DNA of 64,000 nt, from positions 1,472,001 to 1,536,000 of the forward strand of contig CBDCKW010000009.1 in the NCBI GenBank assembly GCA_965218435.1, written 5' to 3'. Below are positions 19,031 through 28,885 of this stretch, piece by piece. The stretch's first letter is position 1; every line of letters begins with the position of its first letter. A program made the position numbers and the translations under genes. The notes beneath the pieces were generated by a model that made no database searches, was not told the DNA's origin, and saw nothing but the letters and a program-made list of their open reading frames with translations. The DNA comes from Truepera sp. (lineage in GTDB: Bacteria; Deinococcota; Deinococci; Deinococcales; Trueperaceae).

Positions 19031-20146
19031 TCAGGGATAGAGCCTTACGTGGTTGACCTCGAGCCCCCTCCCCTCAGCCAACCACGCCGCAAACTCTGCC
19101 TCACTCAGCTCACCGTCAACCGTCCGGCGCAGCACATCCGACCCGGCCAAAAGATCGATAAAAGGGCGCTCTTTTCCCAACCAGTTAAATGGAGTTTGCC
19201 GCCGCACCTCACCGAGAAGAATCCTTGCGGCTCGGAGCGGGTCAAAGGGGCCGGTTCGGGAGAGGGTGACGCCGGAGACCTCCACACCTGCATATTTCGA
19301 CAACACAGGCGTAAACCGCGCCGGTTCCGCCCGTAAACCCGCAAGCTCACCTAAGCGTCCGGCTAAGGCTGCCCCGTCCAGCCAAGGCGCACCGAGTTGC
19401 TCGAACGGCGAGTCCGTCCCGCGCCCTTCGCTGAGGGGGGTGCCCTCGAGAAACACCGTCAGCGGGTAGAGCTGAGCACTTTTAAGGTGCGGCAGATTCG
19501 GCGACGGCGTACGCCACGGCAGCCCGGTTACGGGCCAGGGCGACCCGTCATAACCGGTCATGCTGACGACGTGCAGGCTGGCCTCAACACCCAAATCACG
19601 GGCGATAAGCACCGCCAGCTCAGCCAGCGTCAGACCGTGAGCAAACGGGACGTTGTGCGCTGAGACAAACGAGCCGAAACCGCCCGTCACCCCTGCGCCG
19701 TAAACCGCACGCCCGAGCGGGTTAGGCCGGTCGAGCAGTACCAGTAGGACGCCAGCCTCGGCACAGGCCAGCAAGCACGCCTTCAGCGTCGAGAGGTAGG
19801 TGTAGGCCCGGACGCCGACATCTTGCACGTCGAAGACGAGCGCGTCCAGGTCACGTAAATGCTCCGGCCCAGGCGCACGCCGCGACCCGTACAGGCTGAC
19901 GAGCGGAAGCCCACCGTAAACCGTGTCGGCAACGTTCTCCCCCGCCGCCGCTGCGCCGAAGAAGCCGTGCTCGGGACCGAACAACCGAATGATGTTGAGA
20001 CCCAAACGCTGCAACACCTCGAGCGTATGTTCGCCGGTCGGAAGCCTCGAGGCGGCGTGTGCGAGTAGTCCAATCCTAGCGCCCTGCAACGCAACCGGGA
20101 CTTCGGTTTGAAGAACCTCGAGGCCGATTTTCATGCGCTTAGCCAC
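19031..20146 (-). CDS. namZ: Exo-beta-N-acetylmuramidase NamZ (DUF1343)
   Basis: FGPEHG, SLYG, DVQDVGVRAYTY, LDRPNP, PSPN, SEGRGT. Confidence 0.9.
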   Translation of the reverse strand: MAKRMKIGLEVLQTEVPVALQGARIGLLAHAASRLPTGEHTLEVLQRLGLNIIRLFGPEHGFFGAAAAGENVADTVYGGLPLVSLYGSRRAPGPEHLRDLDALVFDVQDVGVRAYTYLSTLKACLLACAEAGVLLVLLDRPNPLGRAVYGAGVTGGFGSFVSAHNVPFAHGLTLAELAVLIARDLGVEASLHVVSMTGYDGSPWPVTGLPWRTPSPNLPHLKSAQLYPLTVFLEGTPLSEGRGTDSPFEQLGAPWLDGAALAGRLGELAGLRAEPARFTPVLSKYAGVEVSGVTLSRTGPFDPLRAARILLGEVRRQTPFNWLGKERPFIDLLAGSDVLRRTVDGELSEAEFAAWLAEGRGLEVNHVRLYP

Positions 20147-20155
20147 GCTGAGCCA

Positions 20156-21082
20156 TCACACTACCCGGACGGCTTGGGTCAACAGCTCGCGGAGCCTCTT
20201 ACCGTAGGCGTCCGCCGTAAAACCGTCTACACTCACCGCCATATGCTGCACGTTGGCGTGAACGAAACATTCTTGGTCCAAGGCAATAGCAACGTGACCG
20301 GGGAAAAAGAGCAGGTCGGCGGCCCGCACCTCGTCCGGTAAGATTTCCTGTCCGCACTCGGCTTGCTGGTCGGCGTCTCGCGGTAAGGTAAGACCAAACG
20401 CGCGGTAGACGCTCTGCACGAGCCCCGAGCAGTCGAGCCCCCAGGCGCTCACACCGCCCCACACGTAAGGCGTTTCTAAAAACCGCAGCGTAAACCGGAC
20501 GATAGCTTCCGGGTCGGGCCTTTGCAGCGGCGCACGGGGTTCCAGCTGAAGCGTGTGAACGTAGCCGTCTCCCTCAGCGAGCGCAACCCGTGACCAACCG
20601 TCCGCTTCGTCCAGTACGCAGAGCGGCGCGCCGTAAGCGAGGTCTAAGAGCCGCGACGCTTCGACCTCTGGCCTCGCGTAAACGTGACCCCGCAGCGCGG
20701 TCAACCGGTGCGCCCCTTCCGGCAACGCCCCGAGCGCCGCCGCCGGAACCCACCCCAGATACCTGTCACGCTGCGCCGCCACGCGGACAAAGCCGCCTTG
20801 AGCGTCGTAAACCTTAACGAGTTCACCAAACCCGACTTCGGAAACGGTTTCAGCGCCTGCTGAGGGACGGCTAAAAAGTGGCGTTCGGCCCCACACGACG
20901 TTGCTGACTCGAGCTTGGGGAAACTCAACTTGAAGGGTCAACCCCTGCGCCGCCGCGTACTCGCTTAGAGTGGGCTCGAGCGCCCCGTCCGCTACGCCGC
21001 TGAGCGTCCCCGCCGTCTGCGAGAGGTCGCACAGTGTTACCCGAAGGTCAGCTACAAATTTCGGCAACTTTTCATTGGTCAT
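20156..21082 (-). CDS. NlpC/P60 (C40) peptidase with SH3-like N-terminus
   Basis: PYVWGG, GLDCSGL, PRDADQQ, FFPGHV, FVHA; likely start ATG 21082 overlapping the anmK stop. Confidence 0.88.
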   Translation of the reverse strand: MTNEKLPKFVADLRVTLCDLSQTAGTLSGVADGALEPTLSEYAAAQGLTLQVEFPQARVSNVVWGRTPLFSRPSAGAETVSEVGFGELVKVYDAQGGFVRVAAQRDRYLGWVPAAALGALPEGAHRLTALRGHVYARPEVEASRLLDLAYGAPLCVLDEADGWSRVALAEGDGYVHTLQLEPRAPLQRPDPEAIVRFTLRFLETPYVWGGVSAWGLDCSGLVQSVYRAFGLTLPRDADQQAECGQEILPDEVRAADLLFFPGHVAIALDQECFVHANVQHMAVSVDGFTADAYGKRLRELLTQAVRVV

Positions 21083-22208
21083 TATTTGCCCTTTGCTCAA
21101 ACCCACCCGTCCGCGTTCCGGCGACGACTGCCCGTCGCGCCCCGGTGACGTTCGGCAAGGTGTTAGGGAGGCCGAGGTGCGCGTAATAGCCGAGCACCGC
21201 AAAACAGAGCGCCTCACGGTCTTTGGGCGTTGCACCCCGGACATGTAGCGGTTCGGCGGGGACGTTCAGCCGCGCCTGCAACTCACGTATCAGCGTGACA
21301 TTATACGCGCCGCCGCCCGCGACGAAAACTTTTTCAACGTCAAAAGGTCGGTAGGCTTGGGCGACGCTCTCCGCTGTAAGCGCGGTTAGGGTAGCGAGCA
21401 CGTCAAAACCGGACAAGCCCGCTAAGATGTCCTGAAACGTTGAGAGCGTAAAGACTTCACGGCCTGTCGTTTTAGGGTAAGGCAGAGAAAAGTAGGGATG
21501 CCCTAACAGCGCTACCAATACCTCTTCAACCACCTGCCCTTGCGCCGCCAACTCGCCCCCTGCATCGTAAGCGCGGCCAAAGTAATGCGCCGCCGCCTCA
21601 TCGAGTAAGCAGTTTCCCGGCCCGGTATCAAAGGCGATGACCTCATCAGGATTACCGCCCGCGGGTAAATAGGTCAGGTTTGAGATACCGCCCAAGTTGT
21701 GGACGCCCGTTGCGTGACCGGGTTCGCGGAAGAGCCCCAAGTCGGCGAAGGCCACCAACGGCGCACCCTGCCCACCCGCCGCCATATCCGACTGCCGAAA
21801 GCCGCTGTAGACGGGCCGCCGCACACGTTCAGTGACCCTCGCCGGTTCGCCGAGTTGCAAGGTACTGACCGTAGACCAGTCTCTCAAAGCGTCCTGACGC
21901 GGGATGTGATAGACCGTCTGGCCGGACACTGCGGCGAGGTCAAAGGGTAAAAGCGTTTCGGCGAGGTCGGCGTAAACCTCACCGAGGTCGGCGTGAAGCT
22001 GGGTTAGGGTCGCAATATCTGACGTTTCAGGCACGAGGGAGCGGAGGAGCCGTTCACGTAGCGGGATAGCGTAAGCGAGGCTGGCGCGGTCTAGCACGGT
22101 CCACTCGAGCCCTACCGCCCCAAGTTCTAAACGCACCTTGAGCGCGTCCACCCCGTCGCACGACGTCCCCGACATCAGGCCCAGCACCGTGCAGGCAGGT
22201 TGGTCCAT
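21072..22208 (-). CDS. anmK: Anhydro-N-acetylmuramic acid kinase
   Basis: GLMSGTSCDGVD, GQTV.H, GGQGAPL, NLGGISN, FDTGPGN, PKTTGRE. Confidence 0.95.
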   Translation of the reverse strand: MDQPACTVLGLMSGTSCDGVDALKVRLELGAVGLEWTVLDRASLAYAIPLRERLLRSLVPETSDIATLTQLHADLGEVYADLAETLLPFDLAAVSGQTVYHIPRQDALRDWSTVSTLQLGEPARVTERVRRPVYSGFRQSDMAAGGQGAPLVAFADLGLFREPGHATGVHNLGGISNLTYLPAGGNPDEVIAFDTGPGNCLLDEAAAHYFGRAYDAGGELAAQGQVVEEVLVALLGHPYFSLPYPKTTGREVFTLSTFQDILAGLSGFDVLATLTALTAESVAQAYRPFDVEKVFVAGGGAYNVTLIRELQARLNVPAEPLHVRGATPKDREALCFAVLGYYAHLGLPNTLPNVTGARRAVVAGTRTGGFEQRANNDQ

Positions 22209-23905
22209 CAGTCGCCCTTTAGTCCTGCACCGACCCGAAACGGGCTGACCGGCACCGGCAACCGTCCCTCGGGTAAAAACTCGCCTAACAGTAAGTCTCG
22301 AACCGCCCGCAAATTGGCGTCGCGGTAGCCGTACACAGCGGCGTAAGCATCAGGACGTTTTGTGAAAAAGCGCAGGTCGTCCGGCCTGCCGAGTGTGACG
22401 ACGACAAGCGGTGTGCCGGTCGCAGCGAGGTCGGACTCGAGCCCAGCCAACCCCGCCGGAAACGGGCCGAAGCCGTGATAGCTCGCTAACACTACGACGT
22501 CGGCAGATTGGGCTTTGGCGACGGCTTCACTGCGTTCACGCTCCGTCGGCCTTTCGCCGATCACCACACTCCGAACCCCTTGCCGCACCGCTTTGAAGAC
22601 ACTCCCGAGGTGCTGCGCGTCGCCGTAGCCAGCCGGTTGCGGCGCGACGACGAGCACGGTTTGCGAAGGCTTAAGCGGCAACACACCACCGTTCCAAAGG
22701 AGGGTGGCAGCCTGCCGCGCTACCCGGTCGGCGAGAGCTTGGTGCGCCGCGTAGTCCGGGCGCGGCCTACCTTTTACGGCGTAACGCTGCGCCAACCGCG
22801 TGGTGCGCCGGACGGCCTCACGGACTCGAGCCCTGCTTAAGCGCCCGTCCAGCAGTGCGAGTTGCAACTCGCGGTAGACGTCACGTTGGGTGGTTTCGTC
22901 ACCTACTAAAAGCAGCAAATCCGCCCCTGCCCGGACGCTCCGAACCGCCGCCTCGCCGGGGCTGTAGCCCTTCAGCGCCCGCATATTGAGCGCGTCGGTG
23001 ACGACGACGCCCCGAAAGCCCAAGTCGCGCCGTAAGAGTTTGGTCAGGACTGGTTTCGATAGTGTCGCCGGTTTCGTGTCTAACGCCGGATAAACAACGT
23101 GAGCACTCATCACGGCGGGAATCCCAGCTTTTACGGCGGTGCGAAAGGGCGGCAGCTCGAGCCTTTCCAACGCTTCCTTGCTCCGCGTGACGACCGGCAA
23201 AGTCAGGTGTGAATCGGTCTTCGTACCCCCGTGACCGGGGAAGTGTTTGGCGACCGCCGCGACGCCTGCCGCCCCTAACCCCGCAGCAAACGCGGCCCCA
23301 AGCGTTCCGACCGCCGCAGGACTCGAGCCGAACGACCGCACGCCGACGATAGGATTGTCCAGTTCACTGGCCACATCTAACACCGGCGCAAAATCCAAGT
23401 TCAAGCCAGCGTAGGCCAGCTCTTGAGCGAGCGCCCGACCCACCGCCCGCGCGAGGGCCGGGTCGCCCGCCGCGCCGAGCGCCAGGTTGCCGGGAAAAAG
23501 CGTCCCCCCGTCCGGGCGAAAGCTGCTGATGGTGCCGCCCTCTTGGTCAATCCCGAAAAGCAGCGGATAAACCGCTGCCGCCTGAAGCTGCCGGGTCAAC
23601 GTGCGGGTTTGTGTGGAGCTTTCAATGTTACTCGAAAAAAAGACAAAGCCCGCTGGTTTTAGAGTTTTGAGCTGCTCTAAGGGCGGACGCGTTCCGTCAA
23701 ACGACAGCAGGAGAAGCCGCCCGACATCCTGCGCTTGAGCAAAAGGCAGCAAGGCTATATACGCGAGCACATACAAAAACCGCTGCACAACCCGGTTAGG
23801 GTGACGGCTGCTCTTGTTATCGTGCCCCAAGCGCGTGAGAGACGCTAATTTCGTTTTTAGTACCTGCCTTTCTAATGCTTGCTGCTTCATCCTTATTTCT
23901 TTCAT
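22208..23905 (-). CDS. nagZ: GH3 beta-N-acetylhexosaminidase
   Basis: DQEGG, APVLD, KHFPGHG..DSH, VTDAL; true start probably downstream of 23905. Confidence 0.9.
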   Translation of the reverse strand: MKEIRMKQQALERQVLKTKLASLTRLGHDNKSSRHPNRVVQRFLYVLAYIALLPFAQAQDVGRLLLLSFDGTRPPLEQLKTLKPAGFVFFSSNIESSTQTRTLTRQLQAAAVYPLLFGIDQEGGTISSFRPDGGTLFPGNLALGAAGDPALARAVGRALAQELAYAGLNLDFAPVLDVASELDNPIVGVRSFGSSPAAVGTLGAAFAAGLGAAGVAAVAKHFPGHGGTKTDSHLTLPVVTRSKEALERLELPPFRTAVKAGIPAVMSAHVVYPALDTKPATLSKPVLTKLLRRDLGFRGVVVTDALNMRALKGYSPGEAAVRSVRAGADLLLLVGDETTQRDVYRELQLALLDGRLSRARVREAVRRTTRLAQRYAVKGRPRPDYAAHQALADRVARQAATLLWNGGVLPLKPSQTVLVVAPQPAGYGDAQHLGSVFKAVRQGVRSVVIGERPTERERSEAVAKAQSADVVVLASYHGFGPFPAGLAGLESDLAATGTPLVVVTLGRPDDLRFFTKRPDAYAAVYGYRDANLRAVRDLLLGEFLPEGRLPVPVSPFRVGAGLKGD

Positions 23906-23950
23906 ACTGTTTACTGCCGACGACCGCTAAGCTTAAAAAGCCAACAGCAC

Positions 23951-24994
23951 TTAGGAGAAAACCGCGTCGTGAAACGCTACGCGCAGCGCGTGAATGCTCT
24001 GACCGTCCGTCCGTGACGGGTGAACGCGGTTCGTGAGCAGCACCGCAAAACGGTTTTCTTGGGGGTCTACCCACAAACTTGTACCGGTAAACCCGGTGTG
24101 ACCATAGGCGCTGGGGCTGGCGTAGTGACCGGCGCTCGAGCCCTCCCCTACGAGTTGCCAACCCCAGCCGCGCCGCCCACTCGCCGTGTTGTTTGGGTCA
24201 AAAGTATGTTCACGCGTCGCCTCACGTAAAAGCTCGGGAGCGGCAAAAGGAGCCGTGAGCCGTAACCACGCCTGCGCGTAGCGGGCCAAGTCAAACGCGG
24301 TTCCGAACAGCCCCGCGTGCCCCGCTACCCCGTCAAAGGCAAAGGCGTTTTCGTCGTGGACTTCACCTTGGAGGAGCCGCCCACGCCAACCGCAATCCTC
24401 AGTAGCGGCGACCGAGGTCCCCGCCGGTACGCCGTACCCTAGCGTGCTTAGCTCGAGGGGCTCAAAAATATAGGTCCGGGTAAACGTATCGAGCCGCAGC
24501 TTGCTCACCCGTTCGGTGATGGCACCGAGCAGCATAAAGCCGAGGTCGCTGTAGACGACCCTGCCTGCCGGCTGCACCAGCGAAGATTGCAACAGGTTAC
24601 CCAGGGCGCTCAGGCGCGTACCGGCCTCGGCGTAAAGCGGTCGCCACGCCGGTAAACCCGACGTGTGCGTTAAGAGGTGCCGGACGGTCACGTCCCCTAA
24701 AGAGAGCGTTTGAAACCAGCCCGCGTTAGAAAAAAACCGCTTTACGGGGTCCTCCAATGACACTTCACCGGCTTGCACGAGCGCCAGCACTGCGGGTAAC
24801 GTCCCGACGACCTTGCTTAATGAGGCGAGGTCAAAGCGCGTCTCACTGGCTACCGGCGGCCCACCGAGACGAGTCACGCCGCAGGCCGTAACCAATGTAA
24901 TTTGGTTTTTATTTCCTGCTACAGCAACTGCGCCCGGCACCTCGCGGCGCGCCACTGCAGCCTCCAACTCTCGCTTCGCTTTTGCCACGTCCAC
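23951..24994 (-). CDS. Serine hydrolase, beta-lactamase fold (AmiE-like amidase)
   Basis: DLASLSK (SxxK), LLTHTSGL, YSD, VHDENA, GHAGLF, GHTGFTG. Confidence 0.88.
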   Translation of the reverse strand: MDVAKAKRELEAAVARREVPGAVAVAGNKNQITLVTACGVTRLGGPPVASETRFDLASLSKVVGTLPAVLALVQAGEVSLEDPVKRFFSNAGWFQTLSLGDVTVRHLLTHTSGLPAWRPLYAEAGTRLSALGNLLQSSLVQPAGRVVYSDLGFMLLGAITERVSKLRLDTFTRTYIFEPLELSTLGYGVPAGTSVAATEDCGWRGRLLQGEVHDENAFAFDGVAGHAGLFGTAFDLARYAQAWLRLTAPFAAPELLREATREHTFDPNNTASGRRGWGWQLVGEGSSAGHYASPSAYGHTGFTGTSLWVDPQENRFAVLLTNRVHPSRTDGQSIHALRVAFHDAVFS

Positions 24995-25034
24995 ACCCGA
25001 AACTCTAGCACGTGCAGCCCATCACACTGTACAA

Positions 25035-25072
25035 ACTGGTCTAGTATAGGTATACTCTTGACTATGGACCAA
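25035..25072. promoter_or_regulatory. Candidate DasR/NagR-type operator sites in the divergent promoter
   Basis: ACTGGTCTAGTATAGG (25035-25050) and TTGACTATGGACCAA (25058-25072) resemble the TGGTCTAGACCA-type box; adjacent GntR/UTRA gene. Confidence 0.5.
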
Positions 25073-25137
25073 CGTGTGTCGGGGAGCGGGTCTTCGCCCA
25101 AGCTGCGGTTCTTCCTACGAACTGCTAGAGGGAGCCG

Positions 25138-25908
25138 ATGCGAGTAGGCGCGGGCGTCACCTCAGGTATTACTTCAGGCATCACCGTTGACAAAGCGCAC
25201 CCGACGCCCGCTTATTTGCAGCTGCAAGACAAACTGCGTAGCGCCATCTTAGAGGGCGACATCGCCCCCGGTGAGGCGCTCCCGTCTGAACGCGACCTCG
25301 CCCACGCTTTAGGACTTTCGCGGATGACGGTGCGGCGCGCCCTCGAGCTGCTCGTCGGGCAAAAACTCGCTGAGCGCAGACAGGGTTCGGGCACGTATGT
25401 ACTCCCGCGGCGGCTCGAGCAGACCGTAGACCGGGTACTCGGGTTTGCAGAGGAGGCTAAAAGTCTGGGCTTCGAGGCCGGTAGCGCCCTGTTAGAAACG
25501 CTTTTACTGCCCGCTGATGCGGGCGTCGCGGCGGCGCTGCAGCTGGCTCCGGAGACACCGGTACGCCGTGTGACGCGGCTCCGCACCGCCGACGGTGCGC
25601 CGCTCGCGTTGCAACTTGCGCACCTGCCGCCCCCTTACGCGGCGCTGCCCGAAGAGACGTTGGCGAGCGGCAGCCTCTACCACGCCCTCGCCGAGCACTT
25701 CGGGCTGATTGCCCGCCGCGCCCGGCAGACCGTCAGCGCCCGCCAAGCGACGCCCCGCGAGCGCGAGCTGCTCGGGCTACCGCGCGGCGTTCCGGTGTTG
25801 GCGTTGGAACGCACCACCTTCGGCGCAGACAACAAACCGTTTGAGTTCGTCCGCAGCGCCTACCGTGGGGACAAATATCAGCTCGGGCTCGAGCTGCGGG
25901 CACCTTAA
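25138..25908 (+). CDS. GntR/HutC-family regulator with UTRA domain
   Basis: LPSERDL..LGLSRMTVRRAL, QGSGTYV, C-terminal PFEFVRSAYRGD. Confidence 0.93.
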   Translation: MRVGAGVTSGITSGITVDKAHPTPAYLQLQDKLRSAILEGDIAPGEALPSERDLAHALGLSRMTVRRALELLVGQKLAERRQGSGTYVLPRRLEQTVDRVLGFAEEAKSLGFEAGSALLETLLLPADAGVAAALQLAPETPVRRVTRLRTADGAPLALQLAHLPPPYAALPEETLASGSLYHALAEHFGLIARRARQTVSARQATPRERELLGLPRGVPVLALERTTFGADNKPFEFVRSAYRGDKYQLGLELRAP

Positions 25909-26076
25909 CGAATAGATGGTCATAAACGGGTGCTCTCATTGGACGCCGACCAACGACCCTGACCCGTAAGTTCAGACGATAAAGGACACTCAAAACCCAA
26001 ACAACTCGCCAACCATACGCCCGGACAAGATAAATCAGCACGCTGAGAACAACCGACCCAGACGCCCAAAACCTGA

Positions 26077-26964
26077 ATGAGAGAGTTAACGATGACCCTA
26101 AAGACTGAAACCTCGCTCGAGACCTACGCCGACTTAGATACCTGGCCGCTGAGCCGGACGCTCACCGCACTCGTTGACAGTAACGCCGCCGCAGTTGCGG
26201 CCGTCCGACAGGCGCTCCCTGAGCTGGAAAGGGCCGCCGCCGGGATCGAACGGGCACTCACAACGGGGGGCCGCCTCGTCTACTTAGGCGCGGGTACCTC
26301 CGGACGGCTCGCAGTGCAAGACGCCGCTGAACTGCCGCCGACCTTTGGATTTGAAAGGGTTCAGGCGATTCTAGCCGGGGGTGACGACGCAGACGGCAGG
26401 GCTGTCGAAGAGGCCGAGGATGATGAAGAAAGTGCTCGAGACCGCCTCCGCGCCCTCGAGCTTACCGCTAGCGACGCGGTGGTCGGCGTCGCCGCGAGCG
26501 GCAGCACCCCCTTTACCGTCGCCGGTATCGTCTACGCAAAGGCGCAGGGCGCGTTTACCGTCGGGCTCGCCAACAACGCCGGAACCCCCCTCTTAACAAC
26601 AGCCGAGGTCGGAGTGCTGCTGGGGACGCCGCCTGAAGTTTTAGCCGGGTCCACGCGGCTGGCGGCTGGCACCGCGCAAAAGGTCGCCTTAAACGCCCTG
26701 TCAACCGCTGTGCTGGTGCGTTTAGGCGGGGCCTACGGCAACCTGATGGTCGGGATGCGGCCACAAAACATCAAGCTTCGGGGGCGCGCCGCGAGCATCG
26801 TCAGACAGGCGACCGGGTGCCGCGCTACCGAAGCCGAAGCTGCCCTGGCAGCCGGGGGCGACATCCGCACCGCTATCGTGATGCTTTTAGGAGGACTCGA
26901 GCCGGACGAAGCTAGAGCGCGGTTAAAAGAGAGTCATAACCACATCCGGGAGGCGCTGACATGA
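26077..26964 (+). CDS. murQ: N-acetylmuramic acid 6-phosphate etherase
   Basis: GAGTSGRL..DAAE.PPTFG, AASG.TP, GSTRL.AGTAQK, GNLMV, N.KL..R. Confidence 0.93.
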   Translation: MRELTMTLKTETSLETYADLDTWPLSRTLTALVDSNAAAVAAVRQALPELERAAAGIERALTTGGRLVYLGAGTSGRLAVQDAAELPPTFGFERVQAILAGGDDADGRAVEEAEDDEESARDRLRALELTASDAVVGVAASGSTPFTVAGIVYAKAQGAFTVGLANNAGTPLLTTAEVGVLLGTPPEVLAGSTRLAAGTAQKVALNALSTAVLVRLGGAYGNLMVGMRPQNIKLRGRAASIVRQATGCRATEAEAALAAGGDIRTAIVMLLGGLEPDEARARLKESHNHIREALT

Positions 26965-27995
26965 CCCGAACCCAAACGCACTTTGAACGCGAAATCCGCG
27001 AACAACCAGGAGTCTTAGCGAAACTTTTAGATGACGTAAGCGTCCAAGAGGTGGCAGGCGCACTTCGGGAGCACGCACCAAAACTCATCGTCACCTTGGC
27101 GCGGGGCTCGTCGGACCACGCCGTAACGTTTTTTAGCTACCTGGCCGGACAAACCCTCGGGTTGCCGGTTGCCAGCTTGCCGCCCAGCTTACTGAGCGTC
27201 TACGCGGCGCGGCTGCACGCCGAAAATACCCTCGCTATCGGCGTGAGCCAGTCGGGTGAGAGCAGCGACGTAGTCGAGGGCCTGAGTGCGTTGCGGCGTG
27301 CGGGCGCACTTACGGTAGCCCTCAGCAACGATCCTGAGAGCAGCTTGGTCCGGACCGCTGATTACGCGCTCCTTCAAGGGGCCGGCCCTGAACAGGCCGT
27401 CGCCGCCAGCAAAACCTTTATGACGCAGCTGCTCCTCTTATCGCTCCTCGTTGCGTATTGGGGTGAAGATGAAGCTCTGTTAAAAGCGTTGCAGGCTGTT
27501 CCAGCCGCGCTGAGCACAACTTTAGACACCGCCCAGAGCAGCCTCCGAGAGACGGCGCTACGGCTGACCCACGCCCGCAGCATGTATGTATTAGGCCGTG
27601 GGCTTTCTTACGCGCCCGCCCTCGAGACCGCTCTCAAACTTAAAGAAACGTGTTACGTTCACGCCGAAGCTTACTCGTCGGCTGAGTTTCAGCACGGCCC
27701 GATTGCCGCCGTCAACCCGAGCGACCCGGTACTGATGCTCTCCGTAGATGACGCCACGAAAGCGTCTAACCTCGAGGCCGCCGCTAAGCTCCGCGCCGCG
27801 GGTGCCGCGCTGAGCATCGTCGGTGCAGCTGAGTCAACGGCTGAAACGGTCTCTCCTTTACCCGCCGAAGCACCGGTGACGGAGGCGTTCGTACTGATGT
27901 TGACCGGTCAACTGCTGGCTTTATATTTGGCCGAGGCTAAAGGACTCGACCCGGACGCGCCGCGGCATCTAAATAAGGTGACGAAAACGATGTAA
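26961..27995 (+). CDS. Two-SIS-domain protein (GlmS-like isomerase / NagB-II-type glucosamine-6-P deaminase)
   Basis: REIREQP, ARGSSDHA, SQSGES, ALKLKET, EFQHGP, GLDPDAPRHLNKVT; no glutaminase domain. Confidence 0.88.
   Translation: MTRTQTHFEREIREQPGVLAKLLDDVSVQEVAGALREHAPKLIVTLARGSSDHAVTFFSYLAGQTLGLPVASLPPSLLSVYAARLHAENTLAIGVSQSGESSDVVEGLSALRRAGALTVALSNDPESSLVRTADYALLQGAGPEQAVAASKTFMTQLLLLSLLVAYWGEDEALLKALQAVPAALSTTLDTAQSSLRETALRLTHARSMYVLGRGLSYAPALETALKLKETCYVHAEAYSSAEFQHGPIAAVNPSDPVLMLSVDDATKASNLEAAAKLRAAGAALSIVGAAESTAETVSPLPAEAPVTEAFVLMLTGQLLALYLAEAKGLDPDAPRHLNKVTKTM
27931..27995 (+). repeat. Left copy of the duplicated SIS-gene 3' end
   Basis: 49/65 nt identical to 45352-45416 by manual alignment. 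Confidence 0.85.
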
Positions 27996-28204
27996 CGCAG
28001 CGGTGAGCCGTAACGCTTTTACCGGCGGGAGCGGTAGGAGTACAGGGCCATAGCCACGCCTTGAGGGTGAGAGGTCTTGAGCGATCACAGACAACTTTAA
28101 CTTGTACTTGGCACGGCGGTTTTCGTAAGCACTGAGTCATTCACTCAGCTCTCGGGTTTATACCTTTATACCTTGACGTGTGCGCTGGTGCAGCGAGGTG
28201 CGCG

Positions 28205-28765
28205 TCACGCCTCAAACAGTTCGGTAGGTTGTTTACCGTTAAGAAAGTGAGCGATAATCTCAGCGCGGCTTTTCATCCCCATCTTGTTAAGCAGGTGCGA
28301 CATATGCATCTTGACGGTTCCTTCGGTTATCCCAAGCTGTTCGGCAATCGCACGGTTCGACAGACCTTTAGCGATAAGTCTCAAAACCTCCCTTTCACGC
28401 GTGGTGAGCTGAGGTGTACTAAAACGGGCGAGCGTTTGAGTAAGCACGTGACGCTCCGCCCAGATTTCACCCCGCCTCACCGCTTCTAGCGCCTTGATCA
28501 GGATGAAACTGTCGTCTACCGGCCGCAGATAACCGCTGTAACGCTGCTGCAACAGCGCCACGGCGTCAGCGCGTTCGCCCTCGATCAGGGCAACCGTCGG
28601 CAGGTCGGAAGGTGGGGGATAGGGTGACGACAAGAGGGTCAGGTCGCAAAGTAAGAGTTCGGATGCTGAGGTTCGCTCCAGACTCGCTTCGACACCCGAA
28701 TGTAACAGCAGCGCCACAAGGGATTCTGCAAACACTCGGTAGTTGGACTGGACCCACACATGCAC
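28205..28765 (-). CDS. LuxR/NarL-family regulator with degenerate receiver domain
   Basis: LTTREREVL.LIAKGLSNRAIA..L.ITEGTVK.H HTH; N-terminus lacks the acidic pocket. Confidence 0.9.
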   Translation of the reverse strand: MHVWVQSNYRVFAESLVALLLHSGVEASLERTSASELLLCDLTLLSSPYPPPSDLPTVALIEGERADAVALLQQRYSGYLRPVDDSFILIKALEAVRRGEIWAERHVLTQTLARFSTPQLTTREREVLRLIAKGLSNRAIAEQLGITEGTVKMHMSHLLNKMGMKSRAEIIAHFLNGKQPTELFEA

Positions 28766-28864
28766 GGCTTGCTCCTCTAGGTTGCGATGAAAAGGTGATT
28801 AGGAAATGCCAGATATAGCTTGCTGAAGATTAACGAAATATTAATTCTTGATGAAACTGTCGTC

Positions 28865-28885
28865 TTGGTATTATCTTTATACCAA
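28865..28885. promoter_or_regulatory. Inverted repeat in the luxR / GT2 intergenic region
   Basis: TTGGTAT-N7-ATACCAA; a second palindrome TATCT-AA-AGATA at 29246-29257. Confidence 0.35.

Noticed and set aside
27931..28100. Tn7-like insertion at a glmS-like 3' end
   Set aside because: No tns genes, TGT...ACA ends or 5-bp duplication were seen; the signature is a 65-bp homologous repeat.
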